From: a bacterium
Lineage (GTDB): Bacteria > Babelota > Babeliae > Babelales > RVW-14
DNA: 64,000 bases
Direction: 5' to 3'
NCBI GenBank assembly: GCA_043822925.1
Contig: JBDRBF010000041.1
Span: 4,957 to 68,956, forward strand
Part shown: positions 9,098 through 17,277 of the stretch, piece by piece
How positions within the stretch are numbered: position 1 is the stretch's first letter
Layout: every line of letters starts with the position of its first letter
The notes under the pieces: generated by a model
Database searches by the model: none
What the model was told of the DNA's origin: nothing
The model's input: the letters and a program-made list of their open reading frames with translations, nothing else
Program-made: the position numbers and the translations under genes

Positions 9098-10084
9098 TTA
9101 TGGGGAAGGCACCGTACGCAAAATCTGTTGAATAATCTGATCTGTCGTAATATTCTCAGCCTCAGCTTCGTACGTCAATAAAATTCTATGTCTCAAAATA
9201 TCTATAGCTACCGCTTTTACGTCATCTGGAATAACAAAATGCCGTTTTCTTAATAATGCATGCGCTCTGGCCGCGTGATTTAGCGCCAACGTCGCCCGAG
9301 GAGAAGCGCCATAATCAATAAAATATTGAATATCTTCAAGTTTATATTCTTGCGGACTGCGCGTCGCAAAAACAAGAGATAAAATATATTCAGTAACTTT
9401 ATCGTCAATGTAAACGTCTTGAACTAATTTTTTCGCCTCTTGCATCTCAAGCTTGCCCATAATACTAAATACTTCTTGAGGTTGAAAGACTTTCTTTATA
9501 ATTTGCTTTTCTTCACTTATCGTTGGATAATTTACCAATAATTTAAACATGAAACGATCCACTTGCGCTTCTGGAAGACGATACGTGCCTTCTTGATCTA
9601 TCGGATTCTGTGTAGCAAGCACAAGAAACTCATCTTCAAGCTTAAACGTCTGATCGCCAATCGTAACTTGTCGCTCTTGCATCGCTTCAAGCAATGCTGA
9701 TTGTACTTTTGCAGGGGCTCTGTTTATTTCATCAGCTAATAATAAATTTGTAAAAATTGGACCTTTTTTAGTCTGAAACTCTTGCGTCTTGGGATTATAC
9801 ACCAACGTTCCAATCAGATCTGCTGGAAGCAAATCGGGAGTAAATTGAATCCGCTTGAAACCCAAACGTAACGTTTTTGCAATAGTATTAACCAATGTTG
9901 TTTTAGCGAGTCCCGGAACACCCTCTAAAAGAATGTGCCCATTACAAAGCAACCCAATAAAAATACGATCTATAATATAATCTTGTCCGACTACAACTTT
10001 GCTAATTTCATTTTTTAGCGCAGTCCATTGAGCACTTTGTTCTTTTATTTTTTCTACTATTTGAGGTGAAACCTGATTTTCCAT
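9098..10084 (-). CDS. MoxR-family AAA+ ATPase
   Basis: Walker A LLEGVPGLAKT and Walker B/sensor LLADEINRAPAKVQSALLEAMQERQVT. The ~328 aa length is typical of the MoxR/AAA_3 family. Confidence 0.88.
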   Translation of the reverse strand: MENQVSPQIVEKIKEQSAQWTALKNEISKVVVGQDYIIDRIFIGLLCNGHILLEGVPGLAKTTLVNTIAKTLRLGFKRIQFTPDLLPADLIGTLVYNPKTQEFQTKKGPIFTNLLLADEINRAPAKVQSALLEAMQERQVTIGDQTFKLEDEFLVLATQNPIDQEGTYRLPEAQVDRFMFKLLVNYPTISEEKQIIKKVFQPQEVFSIMGKLEMQEAKKLVQDVYIDDKVTEYILSLVFATRSPQEYKLEDIQYFIDYGASPRATLALNHAARAHALLRKRHFVIPDDVKAVAIDILRHRILLTYEAEAENITTDQIIQQILRTVPSP

Positions 10085-10250
10085 GGTATTTTTCCCATAT
10101 GAAAATTATATTCTTTTTATTCTACACCTACCCAGAACTATCCAGGTACCTCTTCAATATATTTGAAAAAACAATATAACAAAATATAATTTTTGATAAA
10201 GTTGATCACAAAACTTTTTTAGCGTGAAATTAAGACCCGGACATAAACAA

Positions 10251-11555
10251 TTACTTTGCTTTATTTATATCAATATTTAACGCCAATAACTTAGCACGCA
10301 ACTGAGGAACCTCTAAATTCAACCGCTCACAAACTTGGCCCAAATCATAATGACTATTTTTTAAATGATAAAGTAAAAAATTTTTTTCGAAAGCCTTTGT
10401 GGCATCTTGCAACGTATTAAACGTAATAAATACCTGTTCATCAATAAATTGAGTATCTTTTTCACCCAAATATTTTCGCAAGACATCTGGCATTACTACA
10501 AAATCACCTTCTGGCGCAAGACAAACAATTTTTTTTATACACGAACGTAACTGAGCAACATTGCCAAGCCACGTATAATTTCGCATAAGCCGCACACTCG
10601 AATTTGAAAAAATAACAGATTTAGCCTGGAGTCCATTTTCAATATTAACAAAATAATTTATAAGCAATGGAATATCAAAGCGACGTTTACATAAAGACGG
10701 AATTTCGACTGGAATCATGTTTAACTTATGAAAAAGAGCACTACTAAACCGTTCTTTTCTCACTAAATCAAACAAAGACGCCGTTGACGATGCTATAATC
10801 TTCACAACGTTGAAATCGCACTGCTCAATTAAAGACAATATTTTTTTTTGATGCTCAAGAGAAAGTGCCTGTATATTTTTGAAATAAAGCGTCTTACTTG
10901 AAGTATCTATAATATAACTATCAAGCAACCCGAAATCAGGTTCTCCTGCGCAATTTATCTCAATAAACCGAGCAGAAGATAATTCACACGTCTTTAGATT
11001 TTTACGATGAACATAAGAAGCGATAAGACTTTTTCCACTCCCATGTGGACCATAAATAAGCAACGGCAAATTTAATGCTTCAATTTTTCTTACGTGATAC
11101 ATAAGCTCTTGAAACAAGAAACTTTTCCCCACAATACCATAATTCTCATAGTCGTGTTCATAGTTAATCTCAGAGTCCAAATCGCTAGAATTCTGTTTCA
11201 AGTCTGCCACTTTTGAAAGAATATCATCAAGATTTAATGGTTTTTCAATAAAATCGACAGCGCCTTTACTCACCGCTTGAAGCGCCATTGGTATATTACC
11301 AAACCCCGATATAATTATAACTTTTTGCTGAGGAAACTCTTTTTTTATACGCTCTAATAAATCTAACCCATTAATATTAGGCATAAAAATATCAAGAAAA
11401 ATAAGATCTGGAATAAACTTGCCTATAACTGCTATAGCTTTTGACGCATCAGCTACCGTCTGAACGATATAACCCTCGTCCTCTAAAACTTCTTGCAATG
11501 TTTTAAGAATTGCTTCTTCGTCATCTATAACAAGAATAACCGGTTTTTTGTTCAT
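10251..11555 (-). CDS. NtrC-like response regulator (receiver + degenerate AAA+ + Fis-type HTH)
   Basis: Receiver motifs VIDDEE, LIFLDIFMP, IIISGFG and FIEKP. Walker A GPHGSGKS. No GAFTGA motif, and the Walker B position reads TLYFKNI. The C-terminal HTH is DLGQVCERLNLEVPQLRAKLLALNI. Confidence 0.75.
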   Translation of the reverse strand: MNKKPVILVIDDEEAILKTLQEVLEDEGYIVQTVADASKAIAVIGKFIPDLIFLDIFMPNINGLDLLERIKKEFPQQKVIIISGFGNIPMALQAVSKGAVDFIEKPLNLDDILSKVADLKQNSSDLDSEINYEHDYENYGIVGKSFLFQELMYHVRKIEALNLPLLIYGPHGSGKSLIASYVHRKNLKTCELSSARFIEINCAGEPDFGLLDSYIIDTSSKTLYFKNIQALSLEHQKKILSLIEQCDFNVVKIIASSTASLFDLVRKERFSSALFHKLNMIPVEIPSLCKRRFDIPLLINYFVNIENGLQAKSVIFSNSSVRLMRNYTWLGNVAQLRSCIKKIVCLAPEGDFVVMPDVLRKYLGEKDTQFIDEQVFITFNTLQDATKAFEKNFLLYHLKNSHYDLGQVCERLNLEVPQLRAKLLALNIDINKAK

Positions 11556-11557
11556 TT

Positions 11558-12340
11558 TTATTGCCCATCGCCTGCAGAACTAGATCCTGATACCTGAACA
11601 TCACTCATCATAGGACCAGTTGGCAATCCACGAATAAATTGATACACATATGGATTATCCGATTCCCAGATATCTTTGGCTAGTCCCTTATACACAATTT
11701 TACCCATATGAAGCATGGCAACATGAGTCGCGTATTTAAAAACTTCTATGTCGTGCGAAATAACGATTGTCGTTGCTCCCAATTTATCATGAGTCTCTTT
11801 TATCAGTTCATGAATTAATCGTACTGTAACGGGATCTAGACCAGTTGTTGGCTCATCATAAATAAGAACACTTGGAGTTAACATTAACGTCCTGGCCAAA
11901 CCAACACGTTTTTTCATACCACCAGACAATTCATCCGGAAATTTTTCAAGAACATCTTCCCCTAATCCAACACTTTTTATTTTTTCAGCAACGAGTGGCC
12001 GCACTTTATCTGGATGCATACCGTCTTCAAGCAAAGTTATTCCGACATTTTCTAAAACATTAAGAGAATCAAGCAACGCTGCAAACTGAAATACATAACC
12101 ACATTTTTTAAAAACAGATTGAAGCTCTGAGCCCTTTAATAACGTTATATCTTGCCCGTCGATAAGCACATTCCCGCTATCCGGATGGATAAGTCCAATA
12201 ATTTGCTTGAGAAGAACAGATTTGCCTTCACCTGAACGACCAATAATTGCAAGAAATTCTCGATCTCCAATTTCAAGATCAAGATCCCTCGTAATAACTT
12301 TAGAACCAAAGGCTTTTCTTACTTTTTTTAATTCTATCAT
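11558..12340 (-). CDS. mlaF: ABC transporter ATP-binding protein, MlaF-like
   Basis: Walker A GRSGEGKS, signature LSGGMKKRVGLARTL, Walker B LIYDEPTTGLD. It is paired with an MlaE-type permease. Confidence 0.8.
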   Translation of the reverse strand: MIELKKVRKAFGSKVITRDLDLEIGDREFLAIIGRSGEGKSVLLKQIIGLIHPDSGNVLIDGQDITLLKGSELQSVFKKCGYVFQFAALLDSLNVLENVGITLLEDGMHPDKVRPLVAEKIKSVGLGEDVLEKFPDELSGGMKKRVGLARTLMLTPSVLIYDEPTTGLDPVTVRLIHELIKETHDKLGATTIVISHDIEVFKYATHVAMLHMGKIVYKGLAKDIWESDNPYVYQFIRGLPTGPMMSDVQVSGSSSAGDGQ

Positions 12341-12355
12341 TTTTAAAACAAAAAC

Positions 12356-13129
12356 TTAAAACAAAAACGAAGTTAATATGTAATTTGCGACAAACACCGT
12401 TACGTTAGAATAGACAACGCTCTCTGTCGTGGCGATTCCAACACCCTTAGAGCCGCCCTTAGTTACGTACCCTTTATAGGTACTAATAACCGTCAAAAGA
12501 AAACCAAAAGCTGTTGCCTTTATAAGACCAGAGGTAAAATCAGAAAACTCTACAGCTGCCCGTACCGCCTCAGAGTAAATCTCGGGATTAATATCAAGTA
12601 AATAAACCGATGTTAAATATCCAGCCGTAACGCCAAATAAAACACAACATATAGATAAAAATGGCAAAATTATAGTACCTGCAATAATACGCGGAACAAT
12701 AAGATACTGCTGCACATCTATACACAATGTCTGTAAAGCATCTATTTGCTCCGTAATTCGCATAGTTCCAATCTCAGCTGTCATTGCTGATCCAGCCCGA
12801 CCTATAACCATAATCGCCGTAAAGACTGGTCCAAATTCGCGCAACATAGATAAATAAACAATTGGCCCAACAAAATGCTCTTGCCCAAACCGATGCAAGC
12901 CAATATAGCTTTGAAGCGCCAAAACAGCGCCGCCGAGTATTCCAACCAATGCAACAACAGTCAAAGAACTCACACCGATATAGTGCATGTGGTAAAAAAC
13001 CTTCTTGACCTTTAGCCTCGTTGTAAACATAGTACGAAAAGAATCGATCAAAAATATTCCGATCTTTCCCATTCTTTCACAACTGTTTATCGCAATTCGA
13101 CCTACAAGATCAAGAAGTCTTACAACCAC
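12356..13129 (-). CDS. mlaE: ABC transporter permease, MlaE-like
   Basis: Polytopic membrane protein with the family-typical FGPVFTAIMVIGRAGSAMTAEIGTMRITEQIDAL segment. Confidence 0.8.
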   Translation of the reverse strand: MVVRLLDLVGRIAINSCERMGKIGIFLIDSFRTMFTTRLKVKKVFYHMHYIGVSSLTVVALVGILGGAVLALQSYIGLHRFGQEHFVGPIVYLSMLREFGPVFTAIMVIGRAGSAMTAEIGTMRITEQIDALQTLCIDVQQYLIVPRIIAGTIILPFLSICCVLFGVTAGYLTSVYLLDINPEIYSEAVRAAVEFSDFTSGLIKATAFGFLLTVISTYKGYVTKGGSKGVGIATTESVVYSNVTVFVANYILTSFLF

Positions 13130-13155
13130 TCTTTGATCCTAAAACTTTTATTTTT

Positions 13156-13611
13156 TTACTTTTTCTCAGACGCTTCAGGCGCTTTATTTTCTTCTGTTTT
13201 TTTTGACTCTGTATTTACTGCAGGTTCAACTGGAACCTGAGTTTCTGCCTGTTTTTTTTGTATAAGCTCATCTTTAATATCTTGAGCTTCTTGAACAGCT
13301 TGTGCATTCTGAGTCGTTGGCAAACTTTGCTCTTTTTGTACTTTTTGCGTTGCCACAAAATCACCAAGACGGGACTGACGAGTTTCTTTGGATTTTAATA
13401 TAGCAAGACCAAGTGAGCCCAAAATAAATATTGAACCAAGAATCCATGTCGTTCTTTGGAAAAACTCTTGGCCACCAGACCCACCAAAGAGCATTTGCGA
13501 ACCCCCGCCTAAAGCTCCAAGACCCATATCACCTTTACCCTGCTGCAAAAGAATAAAGAAACCAAGAACAACACACAGTATAATAAAAAGAACCATCAAA
13601 AATCCGTACAT
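13156..13611 (-). CDS. secG: Preprotein translocase subunit SecG with a charged C-terminal extension
   Basis: Two TM helices flank LLQQGKGDMGLGALGGGSQMLFGGSG. It lies directly downstream of tpiA, a common synteny. Confidence 0.8.
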   Translation of the reverse strand: MYGFLMVLFIILCVVLGFFILLQQGKGDMGLGALGGGSQMLFGGSGGQEFFQRTTWILGSIFILGSLGLAILKSKETRQSRLGDFVATQKVQKEQSLPTTQNAQAVQEAQDIKDELIQKKQAETQVPVEPAVNTESKKTEENKAPEASEKK

Positions 13612-13666
13612 GCTGTGACCTCTCGTTCATCTAAAAATATAATATGCTCGTTTTTTATCTTACGCC

Positions 13667-14452
13667 TTATTTAATAAGTGTACAGTGTACTATTTTTTTT
13701 AACTCTTGAAAATCCAAACTTGCCCCACCAATCAAAAAACCATCAATAAATTCATTTTTTGCTATAGAAACAATATTTTTTGATACCACACTACCCCCAT
13801 AAATAAGCTTCCAATCGATATATGGGGCAATTTTTTTCACTTTAACTGAAATCCAGGAAAATATGTTCTCTAGATGGTCTTTGGAGGGAACATCTCCCGT
13901 ACCAATCGACCAAACCGGCTCATAAGCAATACAAACAGACAAATTTTGATCTAAATACTGTTTTGCATTAATAGAATCCAAAATAGTATCCAGTTGCTGG
14001 GAGATAATATCTATAGTACGGCCAGACTCAAATTGGTCTTTACTTTCGCCTATACATATAATAGGCGTTATGTTTTCTTTAATTAATTGGGCAAATTTAT
14101 GGGCAATCATACTATCTGTCTGCCCAGACAACAACCGTTGCTCACTGTGCCCAATAATACAATATTCACAGCCAACTTGCTTAAGACTTTCCGCTGAAAC
14201 TTGCCCTGTAAATGCTCCCTTACTATGGTCCGAGCAATCTTGAGCCCCAAAAGCCATATTTGTTGTTTTGAAAATCTGAGATAAAGTACTTAGTACAATC
14301 ATCGATGGACATATTATAAGATTATGTTTTTCTCGATCTAAATCTATAACCAACTGGACAAGCTCATCATAATATTGAGTCGCAAAATCAATGCTCTCTT
14401 CAAACGTAAAATACATTTTCCAATTCAGAACAAACAAATATTTTTTCTTCAT
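13667..14452 (-). CDS. tpiA: Triosephosphate isomerase
   Basis: Motifs NWKMY, IIGHSEQR, AYEPVWSIGTG and YGGSV. The start is placed at MKKKYLFVLNWK (ATG at 14452), because the 40 extra residues of the ORF look non-homologous. Confidence 0.9.
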   Translation of the reverse strand: MKKKYLFVLNWKMYFTFEESIDFATQYYDELVQLVIDLDREKHNLIICPSMIVLSTLSQIFKTTNMAFGAQDCSDHSKGAFTGQVSAESLKQVGCEYCIIGHSEQRLLSGQTDSMIAHKFAQLIKENITPIICIGESKDQFESGRTIDIISQQLDTILDSINAKQYLDQNLSVCIAYEPVWSIGTGDVPSKDHLENIFSWISVKVKKIAPYIDWKLIYGGSVVSKNIVSIAKNEFIDGFLIGGASLDFQELKKIVHCTLIK

Positions 14453-14661
14453 GATTATTTCTTCGTTTTTTTTCAAATTGCTTCGGAGACTACTCTCTTT
14501 CAAACTTTTACTATTCTTTTGACATAAAATATATGATTTGTACACAAATTTTTCACTTCCTAACCCAATCAAAGATTCTTGACTAAAACTAAATTTAACG
14601 TAATCTCAAAACTTGCATTTGTAGGGTGTTTTTATTACATATTTTTATTCGGTGACAAAGA

Positions 14662-15981
14662 ATGATTTATAGAAAAAAAATTCAGGCACTTTTACTTACA
14701 GGATGTTTACTCAGCCTTTCAAGTCAATTACTTGCGAGTCATAATACCAGTAAATATTCACTCTTTCTGGAGCGTCCAGACAATTACTCATACAGAAAAA
14801 AGCCATATCTACATGCTTCGCTATTTTATACATCAGCATCGACGGCGTTTCATCGCTATGGTGGCAACGCAGGTTTATATGAACTTTCAGGAAAATACGA
14901 TTTACAAAACATTTTTGACAGCCTAAAAACCGCTCACGCAACAGATGTAGCACTTAAGCCACAATTAGATCTCTGGGAGAGACAACTTGCTGGCTATGCA
15001 AATAAAACCGAATTTACAGCAGAAGGCAAATGCAAAGCAAGAGGCTTTGCACTTCAATACGATTGCGATCTTAAATGGAACAATCTTGTGGTTGGAGCAT
15101 CTATTCCATTTATATCAATAAATACAACCAGTCGCCTTAATCCATCAAATAAATCTTTGTCTGCAAGCGACCAACTAAATCTCAGTAAGATACGAAGAGA
15201 AATTCATGACACACTTGATCTTCGCGAAAATAACTGGGACAAAGGCGGGATTGGTGACGTAGACGTTTATCTCCGCTGGAATTATTTTTTAGATCATAAG
15301 CTTTTAATGCGCAGTATTAATCTCAATTTCCAATTTGGTTGCCTAGCCCCTACCGGCATCAGCCAAGACACCTCATACTTTTCATCTGTTCCTGTCATGG
15401 GCAATGGACATTGCGGACTTTATCTAGACTTTGTTCCCGAATTTGAACTTAAACAAAATTTAAAAGTCGGCTTCATGGTCGGTAACATTTATCAATTCAA
15501 AAACACAAAAATAATGCGCTTGCCTACGTATAAAGAACCTGCAATTTTTAGCCCTATTGTTGGAGATGTTAGTATTGAGCCTGGCTACACACTTAAACTA
15601 GCTCCCTATGTGATTCTTGAAAATCTTACAAACGGTGTTCATTTTCAAGCCCGTTATTCTTATTTGCGCCACAGCACTGATTCATGGAAAGATGCTCGCT
15701 CGACCGACGAAAAAACAAGCACCCCAAGCTATTTAAATATGAAGCCAGACATTGCAAATAACATAACTCAGGAAAATATAAACGATAATATAGCAAGTAA
15801 GAAAAATTTAACAAAATGGCGCGCACACTACATCACGCTGCAATTTTTATATAACTCAAAAGATGCATTACATAATCTTGTTTTTGATCCCAACGTTTAT
15901 ATTTCCTATGATCTTCCAATTGCTGGTCGCGGTATAAGTAAAACACATCAGATTACACTCGGTGCTGAATTACACTTTTAA
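14662..15981 (+). CDS. Putative outer-membrane beta-barrel protein
   Basis: Signal peptide (LLTGCLLSLSSQLLA|S). Alternating-hydrophobicity strands throughout. The C-terminus is ...ITLGAELHF with a terminal aromatic residue, typical of BAM substrates. Confidence 0.5.
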   Translation: MIYRKKIQALLLTGCLLSLSSQLLASHNTSKYSLFLERPDNYSYRKKPYLHASLFYTSASTAFHRYGGNAGLYELSGKYDLQNIFDSLKTAHATDVALKPQLDLWERQLAGYANKTEFTAEGKCKARGFALQYDCDLKWNNLVVGASIPFISINTTSRLNPSNKSLSASDQLNLSKIRREIHDTLDLRENNWDKGGIGDVDVYLRWNYFLDHKLLMRSINLNFQFGCLAPTGISQDTSYFSSVPVMGNGHCGLYLDFVPEFELKQNLKVGFMVGNIYQFKNTKIMRLPTYKEPAIFSPIVGDVSIEPGYTLKLAPYVILENLTNGVHFQARYSYLRHSTDSWKDARSTDEKTSTPSYLNMKPDIANNITQENINDNIASKKNLTKWRAHYITLQFLYNSKDALHNLVFDPNVYISYDLPIAGRGISKTHQITLGAELHF

Positions 15982-16011
15982 TAAATACTTATAAAATTAA
16001 AGGGTCTTTAT

Positions 16012-17049
16012 ATGAAATTTTGGCCTGCACGCAAATTATTCGATCTCTTTTCAAACGATATGGCAATTGACCTTGGAACAGCAAACACTGTTATCTATAT
16101 AAAAGGCCAAGGTATTATTCTAGATCAACCTTCAGTTGTCGCCGTAAAAGCATCAACAAACGAAGTACTTGCAGCGGGAAACAAAGCCAAATCTATGTTA
16201 GGCAAAACGCCAGAAAGCATCATAGCCTGTCGCCCAATGCGCGACGGCGTTATCGCAAATTTTGAACTTACTGAAGCCATGCTTCGCTATTTTATTTTAG
16301 ACGCAAATAATAACCGTAAAACATTTGTCCGTCCCCGCATGATCATCGGCGTCCCATCAGGTATCACCCAAGTAGAAAAACGCGCTGTCGAAGATTCAGC
16401 AAAACAAGCTGGCGCTCGTGAAGTGTTTACCATCATGGAACCAATGGCTGCGGCTATCGGCGCCGGACTTCCTGTTGTAGAACCAACCGGAAACATGATT
16501 GTTGATATCGGCGGTGGCACCACTGAAGTTGCGATTATTTCTCTTAAAGACATCGTATATTGCAAATCTGTACGCGTTGGTGGCGATGAAATGGATCGCG
16601 CAATCGTTCAATACATTAAACGAAAATATAACGTTCTGATCGGTGAAAAAACAGCCGAATTAATTAAAATAACTATTGGTACCGCTATATTATCTGAAGA
16701 AGTAAGACAAATACCTGTTAAAGGGCGCGATTTAATAACTGGCGTACCAAAAACACTCTTACTCAGCGACACTGAAGTTTTCGAAGCCGTCGCTGAACCT
16801 ATTTCAGTAATTATTGACGCAGTCAGATCTGCTCTTGAAAATGCACCGCCAGAACTTTCATCAGACCTTGTTGACCGTGGCATCATGATGTCCGGCGGAG
16901 GCTCACTGCTCAAAAACTTAGATCTTTTAATTTCAAAAGAAACAGGATTGCCCGTTCAAGTGGCTAACGACCCACTACGTTGCGTTGTACTTGGCGCAGG
17001 GAAAGTTCTCGAAGAACTCGACTTCTTTAGAGAAGCAGTTTTGAGATAA
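16012..17049 (+). CDS. mreB: Rod-shape determining actin homolog MreB
   Basis: Motifs MAIDLGTANTVIY, DIGGGTTEVAIIS and GGGSLLKNLDLLISKETGLPV. Confidence 0.96.
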   Translation: MKFWPARKLFDLFSNDMAIDLGTANTVIYIKGQGIILDQPSVVAVKASTNEVLAAGNKAKSMLGKTPESIIACRPMRDGVIANFELTEAMLRYFILDANNNRKTFVRPRMIIGVPSGITQVEKRAVEDSAKQAGAREVFTIMEPMAAAIGAGLPVVEPTGNMIVDIGGGTTEVAIISLKDIVYCKSVRVGGDEMDRAIVQYIKRKYNVLIGEKTAELIKITIGTAILSEEVRQIPVKGRDLITGVPKTLLLSDTEVFEAVAEPISVIIDAVRSALENAPPELSSDLVDRGIMMSGGGSLLKNLDLLISKETGLPVQVANDPLRCVVLGAGKVLEELDFFREAVLR

Positions 17050-17083
17050 CACGTTACTCTAAAAACAAATTCTAACCTTAAAA

Positions 17084-17112
17084 GGCTCGTAAAATATTAC
17101 GGGCCTTTTTTT
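17084..17112 (+). terminator. Intrinsic terminator of mreB
   Basis: ggctcgtaa-aatat-ttacgggcc forms a 9-bp stem with one G-U pair, followed by ttttttta. Confidence 0.7.
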
Positions 17113-17235
17113 ATACAAAAAAAAGAACTCCTATATTCGCAAAGCTTTACAAGCAGTAATATTATAAGTAATACTAGAAAATATCTTGCGCATAAATTTA
17201 AAACAAAAGTCTTGAAGTGGACTTAAATAAGCGCT

Positions 17236-17262
17236 CGTGAATAACGTGAATAACGTGAATAA
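17236..17262 (+). repeat. Three perfect tandem copies of cgtgaataa directly upstream of the ribosome-binding site of the first A-type gene
   Basis: cgtgaataa x3 is read directly, followed by aAGGAG and an ATG at 17278. Confidence 0.9.
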
Positions 17263-17277
17263 AAGGAGAATAGTACA

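Noticed and set aside
10085-10250. A sigma-54 (GG-N10-GC) promoter upstream of moxR and the secretin operon, given the neighbouring NtrC-like regulator.
   Set aside because: Reading the minus strand, I find no TGGCAC-N5-TTGC-like element. The regulator itself lacks the GAFTGA motif needed for sigma-54 activation.
14453-14572. N-terminal extensions offered by the longest-ORF calls for tpiA. The same applies to rpoC 37429-37485, rpmG 45133-45180, rpsI 60451-60552, RRM copies 56648-56713 and 57562-57618, and tdk 54118-54198.
   Set aside because: In each case an internal start aligns with the conserved family N-terminus and has a GGAG-type RBS. It also removes overlap with the upstream gene or hairpin. 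The extra residues show no homology pattern.
16287-16913. Three ORFs (92, 71 and 101 aa) antisense to mreB. Similar antisense or alternate-frame ORFs lie inside the secretins, rpoB/rpoC, pnp, glmS and gyrB (for example 2010-2907, 33736-34878, 62553-63537).
   Set aside because: They lie wholly within strongly conserved genes on the other strand or frame. They have no RBS and their low-complexity translations have no recognisable motifs. They are typical shadow ORFs.
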